The notes beneath the pieces were generated by a model. It was not told the DNA's origin, did not search any database, and saw only the letters and a program-made list of their open reading frames with translations. 64,000 nt of DNA from Macrostomum lignano (Eukaryota): the NCBI GenBank assembly GCA_002269645.1, contig NIVC01000353.1:372001-436000 (forward strand), given 5' to 3'. Positions within the stretch are counted from its first letter, which is position 1, and the number at the start of each line of letters is the position of its first letter. A program made the position numbers and the translations under genes. This document shows positions 50,505 to 60,975 of this stretch, in pieces.

Positions 50505-53254
50505 CTGCAGTGGGGATGGAGAGCGAGTGAGAAAGTGGGGATTATCGCATAACCAGCGGTCATACGGATCAGATGAGCAGTCAGTGAGGATCAGATGAGC
50601 AGTCAGTGAGGATATGAGCAGTCAGTGAGGATCAGATGAGCAGTCAGTGAGGATCAGATGAGCAGTCAGTGAGGATCAGATGAGCAGTCAGTGAGGATAT
50701 GAGCAGTCAGTGAGGATCAGATGAGCAGTCAGTGAGGATCAGATGAGCAGTCAGTGAGGATCAGATGAGCAGTCAGTGAGGATCAGATGAGCAGTCAGTG
50801 AGGATCAGATGAGCAGTCAGTGAGGATATGAGCAGTCAGTGAGGATCAGATGAGCAGTCAGTAAGGATCAGATGAGCAGTCAGTGAGGATCAGATGAGCA
50901 GTCAGTGACGATCAGATGAGCCGTCAGTGACGATCAGATGAGCAGTCAGTGAGGATATGAGCAGTCAGTGAGGATCAGATGAGCAGTCAGTGAGGATCAG
51001 ATGAGCAGTCAGTGAGGATCAGATGAGCAGTCAGTGAAGATCAGAATACCCATACTAACCTGTTCCCCTTCGCAGACGCGCCAGTCGAGGCAGAAGGCGA
51101 ACACCAGATCAGCCAGGGCCATCAGGCAGACGCGCATTTCCCAGCCAGCCTCGGGGGGCAGCAGAGGCCGCCTTGGCAGACCCATGAGCCGGGCCCGACG
51201 CTCCTCGGAGTCTAGCAGCGATGGCAAACAGCCCGGACGACTCAGAATGTCGGTCAGCATGTCGGACGGGTTGAGCTGGTCGGCCAGATAATAGTCGGCG
51301 TCGAACTGGGCATCCTCCAGGGCCTCCTTGGCGGCGAGGCGTTCCAAATGGCTCATGGATGCCAGGTCCGGTAGCAGATGGTCGAGACCTGCGAACGAGA
51401 GCATTAAATACATGCCATGACCTGATTCAAAAGGGTCAGGTAGGCCAAGTGATCAAGTTGTTCAGATCGGCTCCTATTGATTAGGGGACCACCCCGGACC
51501 AGGCAGGTCAGATAGGTCACGATGGGCCAAAGAGCCAGGTAGGTCACAATGGGTCAAAGAGCCAGGTGGGTCAGGTAGGTCACAATGGGTCAAAGGGCCG
51601 GGTGGGTCCCAGTTTTCAGGTAGGTTACAATGGGTCAAAGAGCCGGGTGGGTCAGGTAGGTCACAATGGGTCAAAGGGCCGGGTGGGTCTCAGTTTTCAG
51701 GTAGGTCACAATGGGTCAAACAGCCAGGTGGGTCAGGTAGGTTACAATTGGTCAAACAGCCAGGTGGGTCAGGTAGGTTACAATGGGTCAAAGAGCCAGG
51801 TGGGTCAGGTAGGTTACAATGGGTCAAAGGGCCGGGTGGGTCCCGGTTTTCAGGTAGGTCACGATGGGTCAAAGAGCCAGGTGGATCAGGTAGGTTACAA
51901 TGGGTCAAACAGCCAGGTGGGTCAGGCAGGTTACAATGGGTCAAAGAGCCAGGTGGGTCAGGTAGGTTACAATGGGTCAAAGAGCCAGGTGGGTCAGGTA
52001 GGTTAGATAGGTCCGGGTGGGTCCCAGTTTTCAGGTAGGTCACGATGGGTCAAAGAGCCAGGTGGATCAGGTAGGTTACAATTGGTCAAAGAGCCGAAGA
52101 GCTCACCGCGCAGCATAGAAGCAGATTGCTCGTCCCGTCGCCTGAACGCGAATCCCAATCCTCCACCAGAGATGGCACCTGAAATGTGTTTTGATTTTAA
52201 CGATATTTACTTAATTTTGAACTGCAGTAAGTTTGAGGTATATAGAGAAAAATTCTGTCCTAACCCAAATATATTAAATAATAAATGTGTGGCTAATGAT
52301 GACCAAATACGATAGGCTAAAAGCGTATGATCAAATAACAAGCATATGATCAAATGACCGAATAAGCTGCACTATGACCGAATGAGCGACACTATGACCA
52401 AATTAGCTACACCATGACTAAATGAGCTACAACATGACCGAATGAGCTACAGTATGACCGAATAAGCTGCACTATGACCGAATGAGCTACACTATGACCA
52501 AATTAGCTACACCATGACTAAATGAGCTACAACATGACCGAATGAGCGACACTATGACCAAATTAGCTACACCATGACTAAATGAGCTATAACATGACCG
52601 AATGAGCTATAACATGACCGAATGAGCTACAGTATGACCGAATGAGCTACATCAAGACCATATGAGCTACACCATGACCAATTGAGCTACATCAAGACCA
52701 TATGAGCTACATTATGACCAAAGTAGAAAATTAATTTCCAACTAACCAGCAGAAGTAGCCAATCTGCAATCTCCAGCCTCGCCATCAAGGTGCGGTTCAA
52801 CAAACCAGTCCAAATCGGCTCCAGCGGCGGCCAGACACTCTGACGGTGGTTCCTCTCCGCTAAGCAGCTCTTCGACCAGCAGGCGCCTCTCAGACTGAAC
52901 AGTTTCACTGCATGAACTCGCAGAGGCGCCAGCCGGAGCCATCAGCTTATTGAGCATGTCCAAATCAGGAAACTGTTCCCCAATAACCAATTTCCTAATG
53001 CGCAGAGTTAATACTCCGCCAGCATCGACGTTAAATTCCGACGCAGTCAGGCCGCTACTACCTGCAGTAGCATCGTCCGAGTCTACGCAACTGCCAGTCA
53101 GCTGTAGACGAAGGAAATACGGCTCGCAGGAGAACAGCAGAGTATCGTCCTGGACGCTGGCTTCGGCTTTATCTAGTCGGCACAGACCGGTTAGCCAGAT
53201 GTCAACAATCACGTGACTGCTGTCCTGACTAACTGAGAATTTTGGCGTCAGCAT
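50073..53254 (-). CDS. SHQ1: SHQ1 H/ACA snoRNP assembly factor, complete, 4 exons (446 aa)
   Basis: Exons 52747-53254, 52107-52178, 51060-51388, 50073-50504, phases compatible. N-terminal CS domain MLTPKFSVSQD..EPYFLRLQL; FDADYYLAD; DLVFAFCLDWRVCEGEQTPESA; these match SHQ1 motifs. Confidence 0.92.
50570..51045. repeat. 22-bp minisatellite GATCAGATGAGCAGTCAGTGAG (SHQ1 intron 3)
   Basis: Tandem copies with a 19-bp deletion variant. Confidence 0.96.
51060..51388 (-). CDS. SHQ1: SHQ1 exon 3
   Basis: LDHLLPDLASMSHLERLAAKEALEDAQFDADYYLADQL...WRVCEGEQ; GTTAGT donor. Confidence 0.88.
51490..52095. repeat. 36-bp minisatellite GGTGGGTCAGGTAGGTTACAATGGGTCAAAGAGCCA (SHQ1 intron 2)
   Basis: Tandem copies with a periodic CCCAGTTTTCA insertion variant. 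Confidence 0.94.
52107..52178 (-). CDS. SHQ1: SHQ1 exon 2
   Basis: tttcag|(G)AISGGGLGFAFRRRDEQSASMLR|GTGAGC; GFAF corresponds to the conserved YGF motif. Confidence 0.75.
52340..52730. repeat. 20-bp minisatellite ATGACCGAATGAGCTACACT (SHQ1 intron 1)
   Basis: About 19 diverged copies. Confidence 0.9.
52747..53254 (-). CDS. SHQ1: SHQ1 exon 1 (CS domain)
   Basis: ATG at 53254; donor GTTAGT. Confidence 0.9.
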
Positions 53255-53384
53255 TTCTTTATAACGGAAAAGTGCTTGAAAAGCATGCAATTGGTTGCAG
53301 CAATGATGACTCAGGCGCTAGAGTGACTCTACCGTGAATAATATACTCTAAAATGACATCATGACGCTACGTCAGCGACCATAT

Positions 53385-54360
53385 GACTAGTGACCATATG
53401 ACTAGTGACCATGACTATAGTGTGACCATGACTATAGTGTCACCATGACTAGTGACCATGACTATAGTGACCATGGCTATAGTGTGACCATGACTATAGT
53501 GACCATGGCTATAGTGTAACCATGACTATAGTGACCATGGCTATAGTGTGACCATGACTATAGTGACCATGGCTATAGTGTGACCATGACTATAGTGACC
53601 ATGGCCATAGTGTGACCATGACTATAGTGCGACCATGACTAGTGTGATCAACTGATCATGGCTATAGTGACCATGACTATAGTGTGACCATGACTATAGT
53701 AACCATATGACTCCAAAGTGACCATGACTACAGCAACCATATGACTCCAAAGTGACCATGACTATAGTAACCATGACTATAGTAACCATGACTCCAAAGT
53801 GACCATGACTATAGTGTGACCATGACTATAGTAACCATATGACTCCAAAGTGACCATGACTACAGTAACCATATGACTCCAAAGTGACCATGACTATAGT
53901 AACCATATGACTATAGTGTGACCATGACTATAGTAACCATATGACTCTAAAGTGACCATGACTACAGTAACCATATGACTCCAAAGTGACCATGACTATA
54001 GTAACCATATGACTATAGTGTGACCATGACTATAGTAACCATATGACTCTAAAGTGACCATGACTATAGTAACCATATGACTCCAAAGTGACCATGACTA
54101 CAGTAACCATATGACTCCAAAGTGACCATGACTATAGTAACCATATGACTATAGTGTGACCATGACTATAGTAACCATATGACTCTAAAGTGACCATGAC
54201 TATAGTAACCATATGACTCTAAAGTGACCATGACTCTACGGTGACAGCATATGACCATATGGCTACAGTGACACCATGACCCTACAGTGACCATGTTTAG
54301 TGATCATGACTTTTCCAGTGACACTGTATTACCATATGACTCTACAGTGACACTATATAA
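53385..54360. repeat. 15-19-bp minisatellite with GTGACCATGACTATA core
   Basis: Compound array between VPS53 and SHQ1. Confidence 0.92.
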
Positions 54361-55041
54361 ACATAAAATGACCTCACATGGCCCAAACACGCGAATCTAG
54401 TATGATTTATCTAAAATGACCCGTTTAAAATAAAATACTACCAAAAGGAACTATAGGTTTGCATCATAACAGACTACTCACGGCGTAGATTCAGGTAGTG
54501 GCATAACGTGGTTTTATTTTTGTTCAGAAAAATCAACACCAGAAAAAAGGCACAGTTACAAAGAATACATTTTGCTACAGAAAACAGACGTAGTTTGCAT
54601 ATGAGACAAGACAAAACGGAAGAAGAAAAATTACTGAGATAATAATATTTCTAATTATATTTATGCTTGAAATAGAAATTACAGTGGAATTACATCGAAT
54701 AAGTCAAAAAAACAAACACAGGTAATAACTGACACGAATTATTTGCTATTTAACTTTGAAAGAAAGAATGATATGAAGACAACAAAGATTTTCTTGACAA
54801 TTTTCTTTGCTCGATGGCTAACAGCCATGTCAGGACTAGGCTTGCATATTGGACAAATTTGCTTCAAAATAAATAGGTCACGAATGTCATAATGGCTCCA
54901 GACTATACTATGAACACAATTGTAACCAATAAAGTAGTCATACTAAGGGTGTATAAGCTCATACGAATGCTAACTAGGTCATACGCTACGAATTCAATGA
55001 TCAAAAGGATCATTTAACTAGGTTAGATTCATCCTTGATAT

Positions 55042-55640
55042 AGGTCATAAGCATGACCATATAAAGCCTGGGTCATACAGTTTTTATTTAAGGTCATAAG
55101 CATGACCATATAAAGCCTGGGTCATACAGTTCTACTTAAGGTCATAGACATAACCATATAAAGCCTGGGTCATACAGTTTTTATTTAAGGTCATAAGCAT
55201 GACCATATAAAGCCTGGGTCATACAGTTCTACTTAAGGTCATAGGCATGACCATATAAAGCCTGGGTCATACAGTCCTACTTTAGGTCATAAGCATGACC
55301 ATATAAAGCCTGGGTCATACAGTTCTATTTAGGTCATAAGCATGACCATATAAAGTCTGGGTCATACAGTTCTATTTAGGTCATAAGCATGACCATATAA
55401 AGCCTGGGTCATACAGTTCTATTTAGGTCATAAGCATGACCATATAAAGCCTGGGTCATACAGTTCTATTTAGGTCATAAGCATGACCATATAAAGCCTG
55501 GGTCATACAGTTCTATTTAGGTCATAAGCATGACCATATAAAGCCTGGGTCATACAGTTCTATTTAGGTCATAAGCATGACCATATAAAGCCTGGGTCAT
55601 ACAGTCCTACTTAAGGTCATAGGCATGACCATACAAAGCA
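55042..55640. repeat. 47-bp minisatellite GGTCATAAGCATGACCATATAAAGCCTGGGTCATACAGTTCTATTTA
   Basis: About 13 copies starting ~70 nt past the VPS53 stop codon. Confidence 0.96.
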
Positions 55641-55710
55641 ACTCGGGTCAAAGCCACAATCACAATAAACAATCAAAGCATAAACCACAACAAAAATCAA
55701 ACTAAGACTC

Positions 55711-56130
55711 TCATAGCCTCTTCAACAGGTTCTCCAATCGCTTCATCCTGCCACCCTCCTCGCCGCCGCCTCCAGCATTCGCCGTCGCCGAAGCATCGCC
55801 TCCAGGCGACCCAGACGAAGGCGATTTATCGTTGCCGACGCCAGCAGCCGGAGATCTTGAGCGGGCGCGCAGACTGGAAGAGGCGCCGCCACTGCCGCCG
55901 CCTCCGCCACCAGCAGATGCAGCGGAGAGGCTGGAAGCAGATGGCGAAGGCCGCAGCACGGCGTCGTTAGGCTTAGCGGCACGATAGGCATCGATTAGGG
56001 CCATCTGCTCGGATCGCTTCACGCCTTTCATGTCCAACACTTTCTGGTATTCGGTCAGGTCCGAGTCCGGCAATAGGCGACAGAAACTTTCCACGAATGC
56101 TTGGTGATTTGTGTGCTCAGATAGTACCAC
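55711..56130 (-). CDS. VPS53: VPS53 terminal exon
   Basis: [41 protein letters not shown]. Confidence 0.9.
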   Translation of the reverse strand: MVLSEHTNHQAFVESFCRLLPDSDLTEYQKVLDMKGVKRSEQMALIDAYRAAKPNDAVLRPSPSASSLSAASAGGGGGGSGGASSSLRARSRSPAAGVGNDKSPSSGSPGGDASATANAGGGGEEGGRMKRLENLLKRL

Positions 56131-59100
56131 CTGGGGGGAGGGTGAGATGCGGGGATGAGATTATTTTAGTTACAGAGACAGGTGTAGTTACGGCTGAGAT
56201 ATGAGAAAGAAAATCTCACCTATGAGATTGGACAAAGAAAATCTCACCCACGAGCTTATGCGCCGAGAAAATCTCACCCATGAGATTGTGCCCAGAAAAT
56301 CTCACCCATGAGATTGTGTTCCGAGAAAATTTCACTAATGAGATTATCTTCCGACAAAATCTCACCCATGAGATTGTGTTCCGAGAAAATCTCACCCATG
56401 AGATTATGTTCCGAAAACATCTCACCCATGAGATTATCTCGTTGAAAATCTCACCCATGAGATGATGCAGTCAAAAAACTTACTAATCTTACATAATTAT
56501 ACAACGGTACGCTACAATCCAATAAAACCAATAAAGATCAACCCCCTCACCTTCATAAGCATTTCAGCCTTAGTCATCTCGCGAACCACCAGTTTAGTAT
56601 AGGCGGCCGGCGGTTTCCTCTGCAAAGGACTGGCCAGGCTTGGCAGGGAGAGCAGCAGAGTCTTCAACGAGTGTGTGTCCAGCAGCAGCTGCTCAGCGCC
56701 CACGGTGGACACTGGCCGGCATTTGAACAGAGCCGCGCGAAACTTGGGCGCAAATGTGGACACAAATTTGCTACAAAATTGGGTGAAATATTTTCTAGAA
56801 CTGGTTAGACCGTCGCGAATCACTGGCACGTTGGTGCTCAGATGGGATCCGATGCTGCTAACGTAGGGACTTTGATCTCCCACAGCTTCCACTGTGTTCC
56901 ACGACATCTTCTGCATGGCTGTTAGCGGCGGCTCGCAGGCCGACTCCACGTCGCTAACCAGGAGCTGGACGCACGCGTTTATTACCTGTCAGATATTTTG
57001 TGCAGGTGAAGCGAAGGTAAGATTTTAAACTGAAATCCTAATCTAAGAAATCTCACTGTAAAAAAACAGAAAGCCAAATTTAAGAATAGAAAATTCCAAA
57101 CTAGACAGAAGGAACAGCCAAATTAGAAAGAGGGGGAATCCCAAACAATAAAAAGGGGAATCCCTAAGTACAGAAAAGGTAAGGTCTAACTATTAAAAGA
57201 GGAATCTGTCTATAAAAAGAGAAATCCTAATTATTAAAAGGGGAATCCAAGACTCTAAAAGGGAAATCCCTACTTATTAGAAGAGGAATCCCTGACTATA
57301 AAAAGGGATTCCACTAACTATGAAGCGAGGAATCCCTGACTATAAAAAGGAGAATCCATAACTATGAAAAGACGAACCCCTGACTATAAAAAGAATCCCT
57401 AACTATTGAAAGGGGAATTCCTAACTATTAAAGGGGGAATCCTTAGCTATAATTTAAAAAGAAAAACCCCTAACTATAAAATTGAGAATCCCTAAATATG
57501 AAAAGGAAACCCCTAACTATCAAAAGGGGAATTCCTGACTATAAAAAAGGAAATCCCTAACTATATTAAAGGGAAACCCTTAACTATAAAAGGAAAATCT
57601 CTAACAATAAAAAGGGGAATCCGAAAAATAAAAAAGGGAAATCCCTAAATGTAAAAAGGGTAATCCCGGACTTGAAAATCGCAAATAACCCAACTTCAAA
57701 AGCGCTAATGTACGACTTAAGAATCGATGACAAAAGCACTCAATCGGTAACAAACCGAGTGGAAATTGTCTTTCTCGCTGCGCAAATCAACTTGACCAGT
57801 CAGCTGTTCGTTAATCCGCTCGCGCAGCTTCGCCTCCAACTGATTAGTAGTCTCCAAGCAGTACTCGGCGGTGCAAATCACTACGCAGACTCGAGACAAA
57901 TCGTCATTAGATAATTTAGTAGACTCGCTGAAGAAGCCCCCGCCTACACCACCTGACATCATTAGCTCGCGAAATAGATCCTTGGCCGACTGGGCGTTCC
58001 TGCCCCCCGTAGGCAGACTGCCCAGCAGGATTTTGTTTGCGTATTCGCGCAGATATTTGGCAAATACGCGAGCCAATTGCAGCATTGGCTGGCCGCAGGA
58101 TAGCTTGGCGCACGTTTTTAAAGAGTTTTTGTACACCTGCGGCAGGTTGAAGTGACGAAATATTAGGCTGGGTTAAACTAGGTTAACATAATTAGCAGTC
58201 TCTCTGTATTCCGCTGTTCTGTCTCCCTTCATCTCTTCTCATTCCGGTCTCTCCCTTCATCTCCTCTCATTCCGCTCTCTCCCTTTATCTCCTCTCATTC
58301 CGCTCTCTCCCTTCATCTCCTCTCATTCCGCTCTCTCCCTTTATCTCCTCTCATTCCGCTCTCTCCCTTCATCTCCTCTCATTCCGCTCTCTCCCTTTAT
58401 CTCCTCTCATTCCGCTCTCTCCCTTCATCTCCTCTCATTCCGCTCTCTCCCTTCATCTCCTCTCATTCCGCTCTCTTCCTTCATCTCCTCTCATTCCGCT
58501 CTCTCCCTTTATCTCCTCTCATTCCGCTCTCTCCCTTCATCTCCTCTCATTCCGGTCTCTCCCTTTATCTCCTCTCATTCCGCTCTCTCCCTTCATCTCC
58601 TCTCATTCCGCTCTCTCCCTTCATCTCCTCTCATTCCGCTCTCTCCCTTTATCTCCTCTCATTCCGCTCTCTCACTTCATCGCCTCTTACTCCACCTTCT
58701 TCTTTTACTCTACTCTCCAATCTCCCTTCACTCTACTCTCCAATCTCCCTTCACTCTACTCTCCAATCTCCCTTCACTCTACTCTCTAATCTCCCTTCAC
58801 TCTAATCTCCAATCTCCCCTCACTCCACTAATTACCATGAACAGATCCGCGCAGCTGGGCAGCAGCTCCGTTCCCCGATCCAACGGAGCCGACACGTCCT
58901 GCGTCCAGCGTTGCAACATTTCGGCTAAATTTCTATCCACAGAATCTGTATAGAGACCCAGATGGGGCGCGAAGCACTGCGATATTGCCCCAGTGAACAG
59001 CTGCTCCGCTGCATGCTGAGTCGATGAAGCCGAAGGGTCAGCTGCCGGCGATGATGGATCCTCCTTCTCTTTGAACGCCGTTACTACCTAGGATGTTTCA

Positions 59101-60716
59101 ACGATTATAATGAAATTTATTATTGACAATTCAGGCTTTTATTTGCTACTTAAAAGTAGCATGCATACAATATGAGTCAATAAACTGTTTTCTGTCTAAA
59201 CCATGCTCAGCATTATTTATTATAATTTTATGACTATCATTTATATAGCAAATCAAAAGGCAACAGGCTATCCAGGGGGTTGGCAAACTTCGGCCCGCGA
59301 AGCCTCTGGATCCGGCCCTCAGGTCCTTTAAAACTTCACAATAGCAAACCGGCCCGCTCAAGATTCACGTCTCTTCTCTTCTCTCCATTCTCTCCTCTCT
59401 TCTCCTCTCCCTCTCCGCTTCTCTCCACTCTCCATTCTTCTCTCTTCTCTCCTCTCTCCCTTCTCTCTTCTATCCTTTCTTCCTCCTCTCCCCTTCTCTC
59501 TTCTATCCTTTCTTCCTCCTCTCCCCCTTCTTCTCTCTCCCCTCTCTCCCTTCTATCTTCTCTCCTCTCTTCCTCCTCTCCCCCTTCTTCTATCTTCTCT
59601 CCTCTCCCCTTCTATCTTCTCTCCTCTCTTCCTCCTCTCCCCCTTCTTCTCTCTTCTCCCCTTCGATCTTCTCTCCTCTCTTCCTCCTCTTCCCCTTCTT
59701 CTCTCTTCTCTCCTCTCTCCCTTCTATCTTCTCTCCTCTCTTCCTCCTCTTCCCCTTCTTCTCTCTTCTCTCCTCTCTCCCTTCTATCTTCTCTCCTCTT
59801 TTCCTCCTCTCCCCCTTCTTCTCTCTTCTCCCCTTCTATCTTCTCTCCTCTCTTCCTCCTCTTCCCCTTCTTCTCTCTTCTCTCCTCTCTCCCTTCTATC
59901 TTCTCTCCTCTCTTCCTCCTCTTCCCCTTCTTCTCTCTTCTCTCCTCTCTCCCTTCTATCTTCTCTCCTCTCTTCCTCCTCTTCCCCTTCTTCTCTCTTC
60001 TCTCCTCTCTCCCTTCTATCTTCTCTCCTCTCTTCCTCCTCTTCCCCTTCTTCTCTCTTCTCTCCTCTCTCCCTTCTATCTTCTCTCCTCTCTTCCTCCT
60101 CTCCCCCTTCTTCTCTCTTCTCCCCTTCTATCTTCTCTCCTCTCTTCCTCCTCTTCCCCTTCTTCTCTCTTCTCTCCTCTCTCCCTTCTATCTTCTCTCC
60201 TCTCTTCCTCCTCTCCCCCTTCTTCTCTCTTCTCTCGTCTCTCCCTTTTCTCTGTCCTTTGTTTCCTCTCCTTTCCCCTCTCATCTGGCCATCTTCCAGA
60301 TTATTTATTTGGCCCCTCGGGTAAAATAAGCTCGTCAACCCCTGGTCTAACATGAGGAAATGCCCGCTTGGGGTTGGCCCTAATGGGCACGAATAGCAGG
60401 AAAGGCTACAACAGGCTACTTAAAGCTATAAAATAGAAATAAATGCAGCTAAGCTTCTTTCCCCGACCTCTATATTTAAGTATCTAGCACTCACCTGCTC
60501 CTCAAACAGGCGAGTCCTTTCGACAGCAAATAGCAACAATTTCACGTCTAATTCTTTGGCTCGCTTTTGCATCAGGACGCTTAATTGAGACCGGGTGATG
60601 TCGCAGAACTCTTTCACTAGGCGCTGGGTGACGCGCCAATTTGATGGGAACAGGCGTGCGTAGCGCTCCTCGAAGCCCAGCACGAATTTCTTCATCCAGC
60701 CGAACCGGCTGTCAAT
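55711..60716 (-). CDS. VPS53: VPS53 (GARP/EARP subunit), last five coding exons; 5' exons lie beyond the right edge
   Basis: Exons 60495-60716, 58836-59087, 57756-58136, 56551-56985, 55711-56130, all phase 0. Motifs [74 protein letters not shown] are diagnostic of VPS53. Confidence 0.95.
56205..56462. repeat. 30-bp minisatellite AATCTCACCCATGAGATTGTGTTCCGAGAA
   Basis: VPS53 last intron; each unit contains the AATCTCA..TGAGATT inverted repeat. Confidence 0.92.
56551..56985 (-). CDS. VPS53: VPS53 internal exon
   Basis: [29 protein letters not shown]...[12 protein letters not shown]...KAEMLMK. Confidence 0.93.
57130..57670. repeat. Degenerate ~22-bp minisatellite AAAAGGGGAATCCCTAACTATA
   Basis: Highly diverged periodic GGAATCCC..ACTAT motif. 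Confidence 0.8.
57756..58136 (-). CDS. VPS53: VPS53 internal exon
   Basis: [37 protein letters not shown]...[13 protein letters not shown]...DNFHS. Confidence 0.92.
58200..58830. repeat. 28-bp minisatellite CTCTCATTCCGCTCTCTCCCTT(C/T)ATCTC
   Basis: Tandem copies followed by a short 23-bp CTCTACTCTCCAAT variant block. Confidence 0.95.
58836..59087 (-). CDS. VPS53: VPS53 internal exon (absent from the ORF track)
   Basis: [10 protein letters not shown]...[28 protein letters not shown]...LPSCADLFM; 252 nt. Confidence 0.9.
59273..60344 (+). mobile_element. hAT/Charlie-like MITE with internal CT-rich microsatellite (in a VPS53 intron)
   Basis: Left end CAGGGGGTTGGCAAACTTCGGCCCGCG..ATCCGGCCC and right end TTTGGCCC..GTCAACCCCTG resemble MER58/Charlie-type termini; ~850 bp of (CT)-rich repeat inside. 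No clean TSD seen. Confidence 0.65.
60495..60716 (-). CDS. VPS53: VPS53 internal exon
   Basis: [27 protein letters not shown]...TRLFEEQ; 222 nt. Confidence 0.9.
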
Positions 60717-60765
60717 CTGGGACAATAATTGGGAGAAGCATTTTATAGATAGTTGGATACATAGA

Positions 60766-60851
60766 CAGACAGATAGATAGATAGATGGATAGATAGATAG
60801 ATAGATGGATAGATAGATAGATAGATAGATGGATAGATAGATAGATAGATG

Positions 60852-60895
<44 letters not shown>

Positions 60896-60896
60896 T

Positions 60897-60934
<38 letters not shown>

Positions 60935-60975
60935 GAATAGATGGATAGATAGATGGATAGATGGATAGATAGATA
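60766..60975. repeat. (GATA)n microsatellite
   Basis: Ends exactly at the CACTA terminus. Confidence 0.97.

Noticed and set aside
59194-59201. GTCTAAAC as the left TSD matching GTCTAACA right of the MITE at 60345
   Set aside because: It lies ~70 bp from the apparent left terminus and matches imperfectly; no TSD is claimed.
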